From assembly GCA_015232575.1 (NCBI GenBank), contig JADFZL010000003.1:128001-192000 (forward strand): a stretch of 64,000 bases of DNA, in the 5' to 3' direction. The notes beneath the pieces are model-generated. The model worked only from the letters and a program-made list of their open reading frames with translations. It made no database searches and was not told where the DNA came from. Numbering within the stretch: the stretch's first letter is position 1; every line of letters starts with the position of its first letter. Position numbers and translations under genes: made by a program. Below are positions 37,839 through 48,313 of the stretch, one piece after another. The stretch is from Candidatus Rifleibacteriota bacterium (GTDB taxonomy: Bacteria; Muiribacteriota; Ozemobacteria; Ozemobacterales; Ozemobacteraceae).

Positions 37839-38798
37839 TTATGCGCAACTTTCGCAGCAGCAACAGGATTTTTCTTCGGTTTTTTCTTCAGTAGGCTGAG
37901 AAGATTTTTCACCAACATTCCAGCGATTGAAAGCAACTATTTTCACAGTAGTTCCAATCTTTTTGGCTGTTTCTTCTGCGATAGCATTGATATTTTTGCT
38001 GTCGTCTTTGATATATAGCTGTTCGAGGAGGCAGGAATCTTTGTAAAATTTATCAATTCTGCCTTCAACGATTTTCTGAAGGATGTTTTCGGGTTTGCTT
38101 GCATTTTTCGGATCGTTTTTGATCTGTCCGAGAACTACGTCTCTTTCTCTTTCAACAATCTTTGCAGGAACATCTGTTCTTCCGACGAATTCAGGTTTCA
38201 TGGCAGCGATCTGAAGAGCGACATTGTGTGAGAAATCAATCAGATCAGTGCTCTTTGCAGCTTCAGCAGTTCCACATTCAACGATGGTTGATACGGCAAG
38301 AGCGCCATCACCATGGATATAACTGTCGATGATACCATGTTTTCCCTGAGGAATTGTGAGGTGTGCAAAACGGCCGATTGCGATGTTTTCACCGATTTTG
38401 GCAATAAGATTTTTTCTAACTTCTTCGACCTTGTGTCCGTCGGGAAGTGTAACAGTTTCGAGTTTGGAAATTTCTGTCACTTCTGGATGAGCAAGTAAAT
38501 ATTTTGAAAGTGAATTGCACAGATCAATAAAAAGTTCATTTTTTGCAACAAAATCAGTTTCACAGTTAACTTCAAGGATTACACCATTTCTTCTGTCGGG
38601 TGTGAGAGTGATTGAAACCAATCCCTGGGAAACTGCTCTGCCAGATTTTTTGTCTGCTGAAGCGAGACCCTTTTTTCTGAGAAAATCGACGGCTTCTTCA
38701 ATATTTCCATTGCAGGAAGTAAGTGCTTCTTTGCACTTCATCATGCCAGCACCAGTTTTATCACGGAGTTCACGCACCATTTCAGCGGAGATTATCAT
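37839..38798 (-). CDS. tsf: elongation factor Ts with Cys-rich C-terminal tail
   Basis: MIISAEMVRELRDKTGAGMMKCKEAL UBA-like N-terminus; tail ...EEKSCCCCESCA. Confidence 0.9.
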   Translation of the reverse strand: MIISAEMVRELRDKTGAGMMKCKEALTSCNGNIEEAVDFLRKKGLASADKKSGRAVSQGLVSITLTPDRRNGVILEVNCETDFVAKNELFIDLCNSLSKYLLAHPEVTEISKLETVTLPDGHKVEEVRKNLIAKIGENIAIGRFAHLTIPQGKHGIIDSYIHGDGALAVSTIVECGTAEAAKSTDLIDFSHNVALQIAAMKPEFVGRTDVPAKIVERERDVVLGQIKNDPKNASKPENILQKIVEGRIDKFYKDSCLLEQLYIKDDSKNINAIAEETAKKIGTTVKIVAFNRWNVGEKSSQPTEEKTEEKSCCCCESCA

Positions 38799-38844
38799 AT
38801 ATTTTTCACCTTCATAAAAATTTAATTTTTTATTTACAAATAAA

Positions 38845-38878
38845 CATTACCCTGCCTGTAACGGCAGGGTAATATGTT
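38845..38878 (-). promoter_or_regulatory. 13-bp stem-loop in the rpsB-tsf intergenic region (probable partial terminator/attenuator)
   Basis: ACATTACCCTGCC tgtaac GGCAGGGTAATATGT; on the minus strand it is followed by a T-rich tract. Confidence 0.45.
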
Positions 38879-39003
38879 TGTAACTGCCCACCGTCTTGAA
38901 ATCAATAACTCGACGGAAATACCTAACGCATACTCAGCAGTTTTACAGAACTGAAATTGCGCTGGAATTCCAAAAGTATTGATTGAAAATATTGTAGATC
39001 AGA

Positions 39004-39822
39004 CTATTCGATTACGATTTTATCCTGCATTTCATCAGCCAGATTTGCTTCCTTTTTAGAAGGAACAGTTTCCATTTTTTCAACGGCATCCTTTAACTGG
39101 CCAACTTCTTCAACCTGAGTCTGAACATCTGAGAAGGATTTTCCTTCAAGTGCCTCAAGTACTGAATCTGCGACAAGACTTGCAACCAGCTTAACAGCTC
39201 TGATAGCGTCATCGTTGCCTGGAATTACGTAGTCAATCTGATCCGGGTCGCAGTTTGTATCAACTACTGCTACGATCGGAATACCGACTTTGCGGGCTTC
39301 TGCTACAGCGATAGCTTCCTTGTGGGGATCAATAATGAAGAGTGCGCTGGGCATTCCCTTCATATTCTTAATTCCGCCAAGGCTCTTTTCAAGTTTTTCG
39401 CGTTCTTTTCTCATAGAGGCGGCTTCTTTTTTCGGATAAGACTCGATTTTGCCGCTGTCAATAAGATCGTCAAGTTCTTTAAGTCTTTGAATTCTCTTCT
39501 GAATGGTGACGTGGTTGGTCAACATTCCTCCGAGCCATCTGTAATTTACATAAAACATGTTGCAGCGCTGGGCTTCGGCTTTGATGATATCTTGTGCCTG
39601 ACGCTTAGTGGAAACCATAAGAATGGGTTTTCCATCTCTCACAACACTTTTAATAAATTCACATGCTTCATCCAGAAGTTTTGTTGTCTTCTGAAGATCA
39701 ATAATATAGATGCCATTACGGCTGGTAAAGATGTATTTTGCCATTTTGGGATTCCAACGCCGAGTTTGGTGCCCAAAATGAACACCAGCCTCAAGTAGGC
39801 TTTTCATTGAAACCAGTGCCAT
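39004..39822 (-). CDS. rpsB: 30S ribosomal protein S2
   Basis: [27 protein letters not shown]; start moved to the internal Met with a GGAGGT RBS. Confidence 0.9.
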   Translation of the reverse strand: MALVSMKSLLEAGVHFGHQTRRWNPKMAKYIFTSRNGIYIIDLQKTTKLLDEACEFIKSVVRDGKPILMVSTKRQAQDIIKAEAQRCNMFYVNYRWLGGMLTNHVTIQKRIQRLKELDDLIDSGKIESYPKKEAASMRKEREKLEKSLGGIKNMKGMPSALFIIDPHKEAIAVAEARKVGIPIVAVVDTNCDPDQIDYVIPGNDDAIRAVKLVASLVADSVLEALEGKSFSDVQTQVEEVGQLKDAVEKMETVPSKKEANLADEMQDKIVIE

Positions 39823-40159
39823 TTCCTTTGTACCTCCAAGTATTTTATTTTTCCGTTCCAAGACGTGGGCGGACATTTATTCTACAGTATAATCTTAATT
39901 CCGTCAAGTAAACACGCTAATTTAAATAATATTTTTTTTATCTTTCGACTGAAATTATCTTCTAGAGCCATGTTCAGTTATTCATTAACGATAAATTCTG
40001 ACGAAATAATTATTGGAAAATCATAAATATTTATTTGTTTTGAAAATTTCTGGAAAAGAATTATACTACATATTACATTTTTACGAAAGTATAATTTATT
40101 AGTACATGAATTTTTATTCTGGCATGCGTGATAAAGTATGTTTAGACGTTAAAATGGTT

Positions 40160-40250
40160 TCAAGCAGCGTAGAGCGCAAGGTGCTCGATCGCAGGGAGTA
40201 AGCCGGTCGAACTTGTTCGACCGGCGAGAGGGGGTGCGTGCCCTCTCTCC
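40160..40250. repeat. family 2 repeat, copy 2 (one unit plus two GC hairpins), ending 20 nt before the pncB start
   Basis: agagcgcaaggtgctcgatcgcagggagtaagccggtcgaacttgttcgaccggcgagagggggtgcgtgccctctctc; cf. 17618-17700. Confidence 0.8.
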
Positions 40251-40270
40251 AAAAAATCAGGAGCTGAAAT

Positions 40271-41713
40271 ATGAATCTTGCAATGTTAACTGATTTGTAC
40301 CAATTTTCCATGTTGTATGGTTATCATTTGAGTGGAACTGATCGCAAAATGGCAAATTTTGATGTCTTTTTCCGGCGGCATCCGTTTAATGGCGGATTTG
40401 CCGTTTTTGCTGGATTAGCCGATCTTCTTGCAGCGCTTCAGAATTTTCATTTTTCTGATTCAGATCTTGAATATATTAAAAGTCTGGGGTTGAAAGATGC
40501 TGGCTTTATCGAGAAGTTAAAGAATTTTCATTTTTCAGGTGATATCTTTTCCTTTCCAGAAGGAAGCATCTGTTTTCCTGGCGAGCCGCTTATGAGATTT
40601 TCAGGACCATTGTTTGAAGTTCAGTTGCTTGAAACGCTTGTTCTGAACATTATAAATTTTCAAACACTGATAGCCACTAAATCAGCCCGCATTTTTGAGG
40701 CATCAGGTAAAAGCGCAGTTGTTGAATTTGGATTGCGCCGTTCGCATGGTCCGGATGGTGGACTATCAGCTTCAAGAGCAGCATATATCGGTGGATGTGT
40801 AGCAACTTCAAATGTTCTTGCCGGACAGAAATATGGAATTCCTGTCAAAGGAACAATGGCGCATTCCTGGATTATGTCATTTCCGAATGAATTAATTTCA
40901 TTCAGAGAGTATGCAAAAGCTTTTCCAGATTCATCTGTTTTTCTGGTTGACACATACAACACATTAGCTGATGGTGTTCCAAACGCAATAACCGTAGGAC
41001 TGGAAATGAAAAAACACGGTCACACGCTCAAAGGAATCAGACTTGATTCAGGCGATCTTGCATATTTAAGTGTTGAAGCCAGAAAAATGCTTGATGAAGC
41101 AGGATTGACTGAAACAAAAATTCTTGCAAGTAACGATCTTGATGAGTGGATAGTTGATGCGTTAAGGCATGAAGGTGCAAAAATTGATATATGGGGAATC
41201 GGCACAAAACTGGTAACTGGTTCACCTGATTCCGCGCTGGGTGGAGTTTTTAAATTGTCGGCAATTGAGAATGAAGATGGAGTGATTATTCCAAAAATAA
41301 AAGTTTCCCAGAATGAAGAAAAAACGACTAATCCCGGATTGAAGAGCGTATATCGTGTTTACGACACGTCCGGCATGATGACTGGAGATATAATCTGCCT
41401 GGCAGATGAGATTCCAACAGATGAATCTTTTAAACTTGCCATACATCCTCTTAATGAATATAAATTTTTCCGTGTAACTCCTGAATATTCAATTAAGGCG
41501 ATGATGAAAAAGGTTTTTTCAAATGGAGTAATCGTTGATGGAACTGAAAAACTTTCCGATATAAGGAATAGAGTGTTAGGAGAGCTGGAGAAACTTCATT
41601 CAAGTCACAAGCGACTCGTTAATCCGCATTATTATAAAGTTTCACTTTCTCAGAAATTATTCAGATTACGAAAGTCCCTGCTTGAAAAGGGATTAAATAT
41701 CCAAAAAGAATAA
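40271..41713 (+). CDS. pncB: nicotinate phosphoribosyltransferase
   Basis: MNLAMLTDLYQFSMLYGY N-terminus and overall NAPRTase pattern. Confidence 0.85.
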   Translation: MNLAMLTDLYQFSMLYGYHLSGTDRKMANFDVFFRRHPFNGGFAVFAGLADLLAALQNFHFSDSDLEYIKSLGLKDAGFIEKLKNFHFSGDIFSFPEGSICFPGEPLMRFSGPLFEVQLLETLVLNIINFQTLIATKSARIFEASGKSAVVEFGLRRSHGPDGGLSASRAAYIGGCVATSNVLAGQKYGIPVKGTMAHSWIMSFPNELISFREYAKAFPDSSVFLVDTYNTLADGVPNAITVGLEMKKHGHTLKGIRLDSGDLAYLSVEARKMLDEAGLTETKILASNDLDEWIVDALRHEGAKIDIWGIGTKLVTGSPDSALGGVFKLSAIENEDGVIIPKIKVSQNEEKTTNPGLKSVYRVYDTSGMMTGDIICLADEIPTDESFKLAIHPLNEYKFFRVTPEYSIKAMMKKVFSNGVIVDGTEKLSDIRNRVLGELEKLHSSHKRLVNPHYYKVSLSQKLFRLRKSLLEKGLNIQKE

Positions 41714-41830
41714 TTCTCACAGGAAATCATTGTTAAGCTTGAAGAACTGTTATATAATTACACGACTTAATTACAGCTTGAAATGTTTTTGTTTCTTATT
41801 AAAAATTCGAAAGTGATGTTCAGATAACTA

Positions 41831-44635
41831 ATGATTGAAGAAATCTTAATAAGTTTACAGGATAAACTAAGATCTGGGGATTATCTTGATAATGAGACTG
41901 CAGTTGATAAGCTTAGTTCTCTGTTGCAGTCTCAGAATGCTGAAAAACAGAGAAAAATTATTGCCACTCTTTTGCCTTCAGCGCTTTCATCAAAATTTGA
42001 AAATATTCAGAAGAAGACGATTCAGGTCGTTTTTAATTATCCATCGATATTGAAAGATGTTTTGCCTTCATTGAGGTTGTCTTCTGATTCAACTGTTCGA
42101 TTCTGGTCACATTTCATGCTCATTGAGCTTGGGTTTCTTTCTCAGGATGAATTGATTGATATTGTAAATAGTCGTGAAAGCGATGAAATTCGAAAACTTG
42201 TACTTGAATCTCTCGCAAAAAAGCCTGATAAAACAATCATTTTAACTGTTCTGGAAAAGATCAGTGATCCGAGCTGGGTTATCAGAAAACAATCAAAAAA
42301 AATACTCATTCAGCAGGGCGATTCAATTTATCAGATAATTCAGGAATATTTTCTTTCATGTCCCAGCAGACAGAAATATGAATGTATAAAGATAATTCCT
42401 CTGATACTCAAGGATAAAGCAGTTCTTCTATTTAAAAAAATGCTTGAATCTGATAAGAATGGTCAGGTGAAACCATATATCTGTGCCGGGTTGGGAGAAA
42501 TCCGTAATGAAGAAACTCAAAACATTTTGCTTGGGCTGCTTGAAGATCCTTCACTCCTTGTAAGAGAAGAGGCTGTTAAAGCACTGTCAAACTGGGGAAG
42601 AGAGATTGTAAGACCTCTTTTTTCAATTATGTCAACCGCGCCCCAGGATCTGATGGCAACGACGATGTCTTTGATGGGAAGAGTTCTTCAGCTGGATGTT
42701 GTTAAGGAATTGAAAGATTTCTTCGGACATCTTAACCAGGAAATGAAATTTTTTATGCTTACTGCTATTGCTGAAGTAAGAAATCAGGCAATTGTTCATG
42801 AACTCCTGGATTTTCTCAGAGATGAATCTGTTTTCATTCAGGAATATTCGATTAAAATTCTTGTCAGGCTTGGTGTTCATGCTATTGATCCGCTGCTTGC
42901 CCAGATAGATCAGGAAGACGAAAAACTTGTAATTCCTGTTCTTAAAGTTGTTGGGGAAATAGGTTCTAAAGATGCTTTACGACCCCTTCTTTTTCTGATA
43001 GATAACAGCAAGAATCCACTTGTTAGAACATGTGCAGTAGAGGCGATTTCAAAACTTCAGAAATTTGAGCTTATTGCCGGGCTGCTATTGTTAAAACTTG
43101 ATGACAAAGACTTGACAATTCGGCACACAATCATTGAAAACCTTTCAAAACATGAAAGAAGTGCTTTTATCAAAGATCTTCTTGTTTGTACAATGGATAG
43201 AAATACTGACGTTGCACTTGGGTCAAGAGAAATTCTCAGACGCCGTGATTATCCGGGCGTTCCGGGTTTTCTTATTCTTTATGAAGGTGCGACTGATTTT
43301 GAAAAAGATAAGATTGTTTCCATGGTGTCAAAATTATCAGACGATCAGATTGATTCTGTCCTGCGAAAGGAAAAGATCCAGATAGACAGCTTTAATCCTG
43401 AAAACGTTGAAACACGCGTGCTGAGTAGAAAATATAATAAAGAGAATATTACCGATATCAAGGAACTTTTGTATTATCTGCATGAAGAAGGCGGATCAGA
43501 TCTACATCTCAGCATCGGTTTGCCACCAAGTATAAGAATTCATGGTGAACTGGTAAGAACAACTTTTGAAAATATTACTCCTGAAAAGAGCCGGTATCTG
43601 ATTTTTTCTCTGCTCAATGAAGCGCAGAAGCTCGCTTTTTCTGAACGCATGGAAATCGATTTTTCATTTGAAATACTTGACTGTGCAAGATTCAGAGCCA
43701 ATATTTTTACGCAAAAAAATGGTGTTGCCGGTGTATTTAGAATTATTCCCAATACAATTCCAAATTTTGAAGCTCTCTCACTTGATCGTGAAATTATGGC
43801 CAAAGTCTGCAATCACAGGTCTGGTCTGATATTGGTTACCGGATCAACTGGTTCAGGAAAATCTACAACTTTGGCCGCAATGATTGATCACATCAATCGT
43901 ACAAGATATGATCACATAATTACAATTGAAGATCCTATCGAATTTGTCCATCCTCACAAACGTTGCGTTGTTTCTCAGAGAGAACTTGGCAGTCATACTC
44001 ATAATTTCTCAAATGCTCTGCGCAGTGCATTGCGTGAAGATCCCGACGTTATTCTCGTCGGGGAAATGCGTGACCTTGAAACAATGCATCTGGCAATATC
44101 AGCAGCAGAAACAGGACATCTTGTTTTTTCAACTCTTCATACTATTAATGCTTACGAGTCTATTAACCGCGTTCTTGGCTCGTTTCCGGGGGATCAGCAG
44201 GAAACTGTAAGAATGCAACTCGCCGGAACTCTCAGGGCGATTCTTTCCCAGAGACTTATTCCAGCTTATCTTTCTGCTGGACGCGTTCTTGCTTATGAAG
44301 TACTGATTGCATCAACACCAGTAAGACGCTGTATAAAGGAAGCAAAGATTGATCAGATTATTTCTGTCATGCAGACTGGTCGGGCAGATGGCATGATAAC
44401 CATGGATGCCTGTCTTGAAGACCTGGTCATTCGCAAGAGAATTACTTTCGACGATGGTCTGAAATATGCCGAAGACAAGAAAACCTTTGAAGTAAAGGTA
44501 CAGGAAAGACTTGGATTGCGAGCGAAGAGTAAAAGCGATTCACCGCCAGCCGCACAGGCAGCACAAAACCAGCCACCGGGCGTTGCAAAGCCTGTAAAGT
44601 CAGAATCGCCACAGGTAAAGGGCAAAGGTCACTGA
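41831..44635 (+). CDS. fusion protein: N-terminal ~530-aa HEAT/PBS-lyase-type repeat domain + C-terminal PilT-family ATPase + P/A/Q-rich tail
   Basis: HEAT-like repeats (VREEAVKALSNWG; VRTCAVEAISKL; IRHTIIENLSK); then GGSDLHLSIGLPP, GSTGSGKSTT, DVILVGEMRD, TLHT, as in PilT. Confidence 0.75.
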   Translation: MIEEILISLQDKLRSGDYLDNETAVDKLSSLLQSQNAEKQRKIIATLLPSALSSKFENIQKKTIQVVFNYPSILKDVLPSLRLSSDSTVRFWSHFMLIELGFLSQDELIDIVNSRESDEIRKLVLESLAKKPDKTIILTVLEKISDPSWVIRKQSKKILIQQGDSIYQIIQEYFLSCPSRQKYECIKIIPLILKDKAVLLFKKMLESDKNGQVKPYICAGLGEIRNEETQNILLGLLEDPSLLVREEAVKALSNWGREIVRPLFSIMSTAPQDLMATTMSLMGRVLQLDVVKELKDFFGHLNQEMKFFMLTAIAEVRNQAIVHELLDFLRDESVFIQEYSIKILVRLGVHAIDPLLAQIDQEDEKLVIPVLKVVGEIGSKDALRPLLFLIDNSKNPLVRTCAVEAISKLQKFELIAGLLLLKLDDKDLTIRHTIIENLSKHERSAFIKDLLVCTMDRNTDVALGSREILRRRDYPGVPGFLILYEGATDFEKDKIVSMVSKLSDDQIDSVLRKEKIQIDSFNPENVETRVLSRKYNKENITDIKELLYYLHEEGGSDLHLSIGLPPSIRIHGELVRTTFENITPEKSRYLIFSLLNEAQKLAFSERMEIDFSFEILDCARFRANIFTQKNGVAGVFRIIPNTIPNFEALSLDREIMAKVCNHRSGLILVTGSTGSGKSTTLAAMIDHINRTRYDHIITIEDPIEFVHPHKRCVVSQRELGSHTHNFSNALRSALREDPDVILVGEMRDLETMHLAISAAETGHLVFSTLHTINAYESINRVLGSFPGDQQETVRMQLAGTLRAILSQRLIPAYLSAGRVLAYEVLIASTPVRRCIKEAKIDQIISVMQTGRADGMITMDACLEDLVIRKRITFDDGLKYAEDKKTFEVKVQERLGLRAKSKSDSPPAAQAAQNQPPGVAKPVKSESPQVKGKGH

Positions 44636-44691
44636 TAAGTGCTATTCAAATAAGGAAATGTTTTTCGGTCGGTCTATTACATGAATTTATT

Positions 44692-45333
44692 CTATGAGTC
44701 TTTTATAGGTATGTAATACTCAGCCGTGCCTGTGCAAAATTCGCACATTTCATCAGTTTTGTTCTTTGCAAGAAATGATTCTTCACATTTGTTGCAAACT
44801 TGTGCGGGCAGTATTGGCGGTTTGCCAAACGTTTTTACATTGACTTTCTCTGTTCTGAACAGCTCACGTCCGATAGTTTTGAATTCCTTCTTGATAAGTG
44901 CACCAGAAGCTTTTCTGAGTTCCATATTCGTTTCAACTTCAATGGCTCTTTTTCGATTAAAAAAATTATGTATTTCGGGAGTTTTTTCTTTGTTGATTTT
45001 TGAAAGATCGACAGAAACTCTCACTCCTCTACCGTCTTTTCGGTCGTAAAGTGTGACTGCAAATCGTCCAAGATTTGTCAGAGCTTGCAGGTATTTATTA
45101 CCGGTTGTGCAGCCAACCATTATCTGCACAACATCTACAAGGCACGCGGAGGTTTCAACCACTGCGAGAATTTTATCATGAACTTTTCCAAGAAGATCAA
45201 GTGCACAATCAACCATTTCAACCCCGATTTCAAGCCCTGGCGCGTCCTTTGTATGAAATTCAGTAATTCTTCTGAAAAATTTGTCTTTTTCTGCTTCTGT
45301 ATACATTAGAATCCCCTTTAGCATAATTTTCAC
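44692..45333 (-). CDS. FmdE/FwdE-family protein with C-terminal zinc ribbon
   Basis: FwdE-like core; C-terminal CNKCEE...CEFC. Confidence 0.55.
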   Translation of the reverse strand: MKIMLKGILMYTEAEKDKFFRRITEFHTKDAPGLEIGVEMVDCALDLLGKVHDKILAVVETSACLVDVVQIMVGCTTGNKYLQALTNLGRFAVTLYDRKDGRGVRVSVDLSKINKEKTPEIHNFFNRKRAIEVETNMELRKASGALIKKEFKTIGRELFRTEKVNVKTFGKPPILPAQVCNKCEESFLAKNKTDEMCEFCTGTAEYYIPIKDS

Positions 45334-45514
45334 ATTTTGTTAAAGCCAAGCTTATATCGTATAATCGTATCTACTCAATTTTTACTCAATATTGTATTAG
45401 AAATCTCTTTTTTTGTCCAATGCAAAAACTTTTTTTTATCGTCAATGCCAATGAGCTTAGTACGCAAAACCTTATATAAGGGGGCATATTTGCGTGTTAA
45501 CTATTATGTGAGCT

Positions 45515-45579
45515 GTCATCTCGAACGAATGTGAGAGATCTCCGCAAGTGCGAGATTTCTCCCTTCGGTCGAAATGACA
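45515..45579. repeat. palindromic intergenic repeat, family 1, copy C
   Basis: gtcatctcgaacgaatgtgagagatctc...gagatttctcccttcggtcgaaatgaca. Confidence 0.8.
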
Positions 45580-45624
45580 CATATAAATGACCCCTTAATT
45601 AAGATTTACTGTACACAGATCGAA

Positions 45625-46908
45625 TTAGAGACTTCCAAATATCATTCCGCAGAGAGTTGAAAAAATAACCACCAGCAGCAGATAAACCGCTGCTTTTTCT
45701 TTCCCTGCAATTGATGACAGTGCCAGTATGCTTGGAAGACTTACTGACGGGCCTGCCAAAAGAAGAGCTAGTGCGGGTCCCTTGTGCATTCCCCATCGCA
45801 CGAACAAATCAACAACATTAACTCCGACAATTGAACCAAAGTAAAGTATTGCGCCGATAAATGAAGAAACCAGGTTTGCCATCAGAGTATTGGTTTTCAT
45901 ATAGCTAAGATGGTCAACAACTGCCGGAGCACCACCAAAGAAAAAACCGGAGTAAAATATACCGAGAAAGACCATTGGAAGTATCTCGGTAGCCTGCCTC
46001 CAGGTTTTTTTCAGCCATTTTTGAGTTTCATCAAGAGTAAACCATTTTCGCAAAACAAAAAGTACAAGAATTATTTCGAGAGTAAGCATCAGAATTTTTC
46101 CTGCGAACGCTGCTGCTTGTAATGCTGCATCTGGTGTCATGGATGAAAAAAAACCAGCGGGTATGATGTTCGAAGATATGAACGAGAGTGCATCTGTTGA
46201 GGAAATCATTACAATAATCAGAAGACCGAAAAAAGTCCAATCCTGAAGTGGTGTTCTCTGATTTTTCTTCGTATTTTCAGGGAGAGCCTGAGCTAAATCA
46301 GATTTTCTGTAAATATATCCGATTATCAGTCCAATTGCTATCGAACAGAAGAACACTGATAAGATTCTAGCCCAAAGCATTGCATAGGGCAATACCTTCC
46401 AGGTATAAATCAGAGAAATAAGGTTTATTGCAGGCGAAGCGTAGAGGAAAGTAAATGCAACTCCAAGTCCGGCACCGCTCTGATATATGCTCATGAAAAT
46501 GGGAAGAATTCCGCATGAGCAAACTGTCAGAACGCCACCAGCGATTGCTGCAAGCGGATATGAGATATATCTGGATGTATCCCTGCCAAGTGTTTTTATT
46601 ACTGTTTCTTTTGAAAAAAAAGTAGAAATGGCCGAAGCTACAAAAAAAGCCGGAATCATAGCGGAGACAAGATGAGTTGAAAGGAACTCTATTAGATCTT
46701 TTGAGCCTGCAATCGAAGCGGCTGCAAAAAAGTTTGTGGAAGACGGAGTGCCAGAGTAGATAAACCATCGATATATGAAAGCAGCCACGAGTCCAATCCA
46801 GCCGAAGAGCAGAACACTTTTTTCCAGATTGCTTTTTGGAGCTCTTCCGCCTTTATTTTTCTTTTCGCTGACAGGAGTCTCACAAGATGGAATTTCAATT
46901 CCAGACAT
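45625..46908 (-). CDS. predicted permease, UPF0718/DUF318 family (duplicated 2 x ~6 TM)
   Basis: polytopic membrane protein; pattern typical of YraQ-like permeases. Confidence 0.55.
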   Translation of the reverse strand: MSGIEIPSCETPVSEKKNKGGRAPKSNLEKSVLLFGWIGLVAAFIYRWFIYSGTPSSTNFFAAASIAGSKDLIEFLSTHLVSAMIPAFFVASAISTFFSKETVIKTLGRDTSRYISYPLAAIAGGVLTVCSCGILPIFMSIYQSGAGLGVAFTFLYASPAINLISLIYTWKVLPYAMLWARILSVFFCSIAIGLIIGYIYRKSDLAQALPENTKKNQRTPLQDWTFFGLLIIVMISSTDALSFISSNIIPAGFFSSMTPDAALQAAAFAGKILMLTLEIILVLFVLRKWFTLDETQKWLKKTWRQATEILPMVFLGIFYSGFFFGGAPAVVDHLSYMKTNTLMANLVSSFIGAILYFGSIVGVNVVDLFVRWGMHKGPALALLLAGPSVSLPSILALSSIAGKEKAAVYLLLVVIFSTLCGMIFGSL

Positions 46909-46953
46909 TTTTTTGCTCCCTGATAAAAGTATTTTTGATTTCGATATGAAATA

Positions 46954-47736
46954 TTATTTGGTTATAAAAGTATTTTTCATTATTGAATAAAGTTCGCGAA
47001 CTCTTTCAAACTCGACATTCGCTCTAAGCAATACTCGTTCGTTTAAGAGGTTTTTCCTGAATTCATTCATAAGGTCTGAATGTCTATTTGACAAAACTTG
47101 AAAAATAACGGCTGAAGGTGATGCTGAGGCTGATTTGACTTCTTCCAGCAATACAGAAAATTCACTTGAAAAACGTTGTACTTTCTGTAAATTAATTTTT
47201 GGGGAATCTGGTGACTGTAATTTGGCTTCGAGCAAAACTTCTGAAGGTCTTAAGCTTAGAAGAACCAGTTCTGCATGTGCTACTGACTGTTTAAAAGGAT
47301 CATTATAAGCAATACAGACAATATAATTCATCTGTGCCACAATTTTTTCGAGCAGGAAGTGGGCTGATTCAAATTCACCTTTTTCAATATTTTCGGATAT
47401 TTTTCCAAGTTTCTCAGTCATCACATTGAATTCAGAAGACCACAACTCCTTGTTGATTGAGGCTGATGCTGGCTTTTTTGAATGTGCGGAATTAAAATTC
47501 ACCCACTTTTTCATTGCTTTTCTTACCTCTTGCATCGCCAGTTCAGCATTTTTATTTTTGATAACGGCTGCTGAATTTTTCAGGATAAGTGAAATTTCAA
47601 GAGCTTCCCTGGCAAATCTTTCAATTGGACCATCGCCGTTTATAACTGAAATAACAGATACATCGCACGTAAGCGCAGTTTGAATCTGAAAGGTGAGAAG
47701 CAATAAATAAACAGCAAGATAAGGTTTTATTTTCAT
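46954..47736 (-). CDS. hypothetical secreted protein
   Basis: signal peptide MKIKPYLAVYLLLLTFQIQTALT; no motifs. Confidence 0.4.
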   Translation of the reverse strand: MKIKPYLAVYLLLLTFQIQTALTCDVSVISVINGDGPIERFAREALEISLILKNSAAVIKNKNAELAMQEVRKAMKKWVNFNSAHSKKPASASINKELWSSEFNVMTEKLGKISENIEKGEFESAHFLLEKIVAQMNYIVCIAYNDPFKQSVAHAELVLLSLRPSEVLLEAKLQSPDSPKINLQKVQRFSSEFSVLLEEVKSASASPSAVIFQVLSNRHSDLMNEFRKNLLNERVLLRANVEFERVRELYSIMKNTFITK

Positions 47737-48215
47737 TTCACTCCATCTTCCCGTAACTCAATATAATTTCCGGGTAAAGTAAGACAAATATTTCAGCAAT
47801 AAAACCAACCGGAAAATCGCTATATTTTTATCGAAAATAGCACCTATTTCTTAATAAAACAAGTTTTTTTTCAATAAACGTCGAACAGATTGTTGTTGCA
47901 AAATTGCGGCATCAGCGATTGAAGGAAGGAGGGCACGTCGATGTTATGGATATGTTGTATACACTCAATGAATAATGGAAATGCAAAAGCGGCTTTCAGC
48001 CGTTTAAGAAAAACACAGCAGGCCGCTGCGTCTAGGAGTTGTCTCACATTATTGGGACAATATTCGATCTTAAGTAAATGACAGAGCGGGTTAAGATGAG
48101 GGTGGATTTGTTGGGCACATCCGGTCGGAAAAAGCAATGAGTCTAAAAATGCTTGACAGTGGGAAGATCCTGTGCTGTATCTCTTCCTGAGTTAACCGGA
48201 TAAGCATTTTCTACA

Positions 48216-48253
48216 AATATATATCAATTAAAAAAACAAATTGATATATATTT
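48216..48253. promoter_or_regulatory. perfect 15-bp AT-rich inverted repeat (AAATATATATCAATT n8 AATTGATATATATTT); candidate protein-binding site
   Basis: read directly; lies in a 588-nt non-coding region. Confidence 0.4.
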
Positions 48254-48281
48254 GTAAACTAAATTGCATGCAATAAACACT

Positions 48282-48313
48282 GGATCTCTATTTGCTTTCC
48301 AAAATAGAGATCC
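48282..48313 (-). terminator. 14-bp stem-loop immediately downstream of thrC (GGATCTCTATTTTG / CAAAATAGAGATCC)
   Basis: perfect hairpin 12 nt after the thrC stop; weak U-tract. Confidence 0.5.

Noticed and set aside
47871-48137. 88-aa ORF in the large intergenic region
   Set aside because: Cys/His-rich odd composition, no RBS, no motif, and it overlaps palindromic and hairpin elements.
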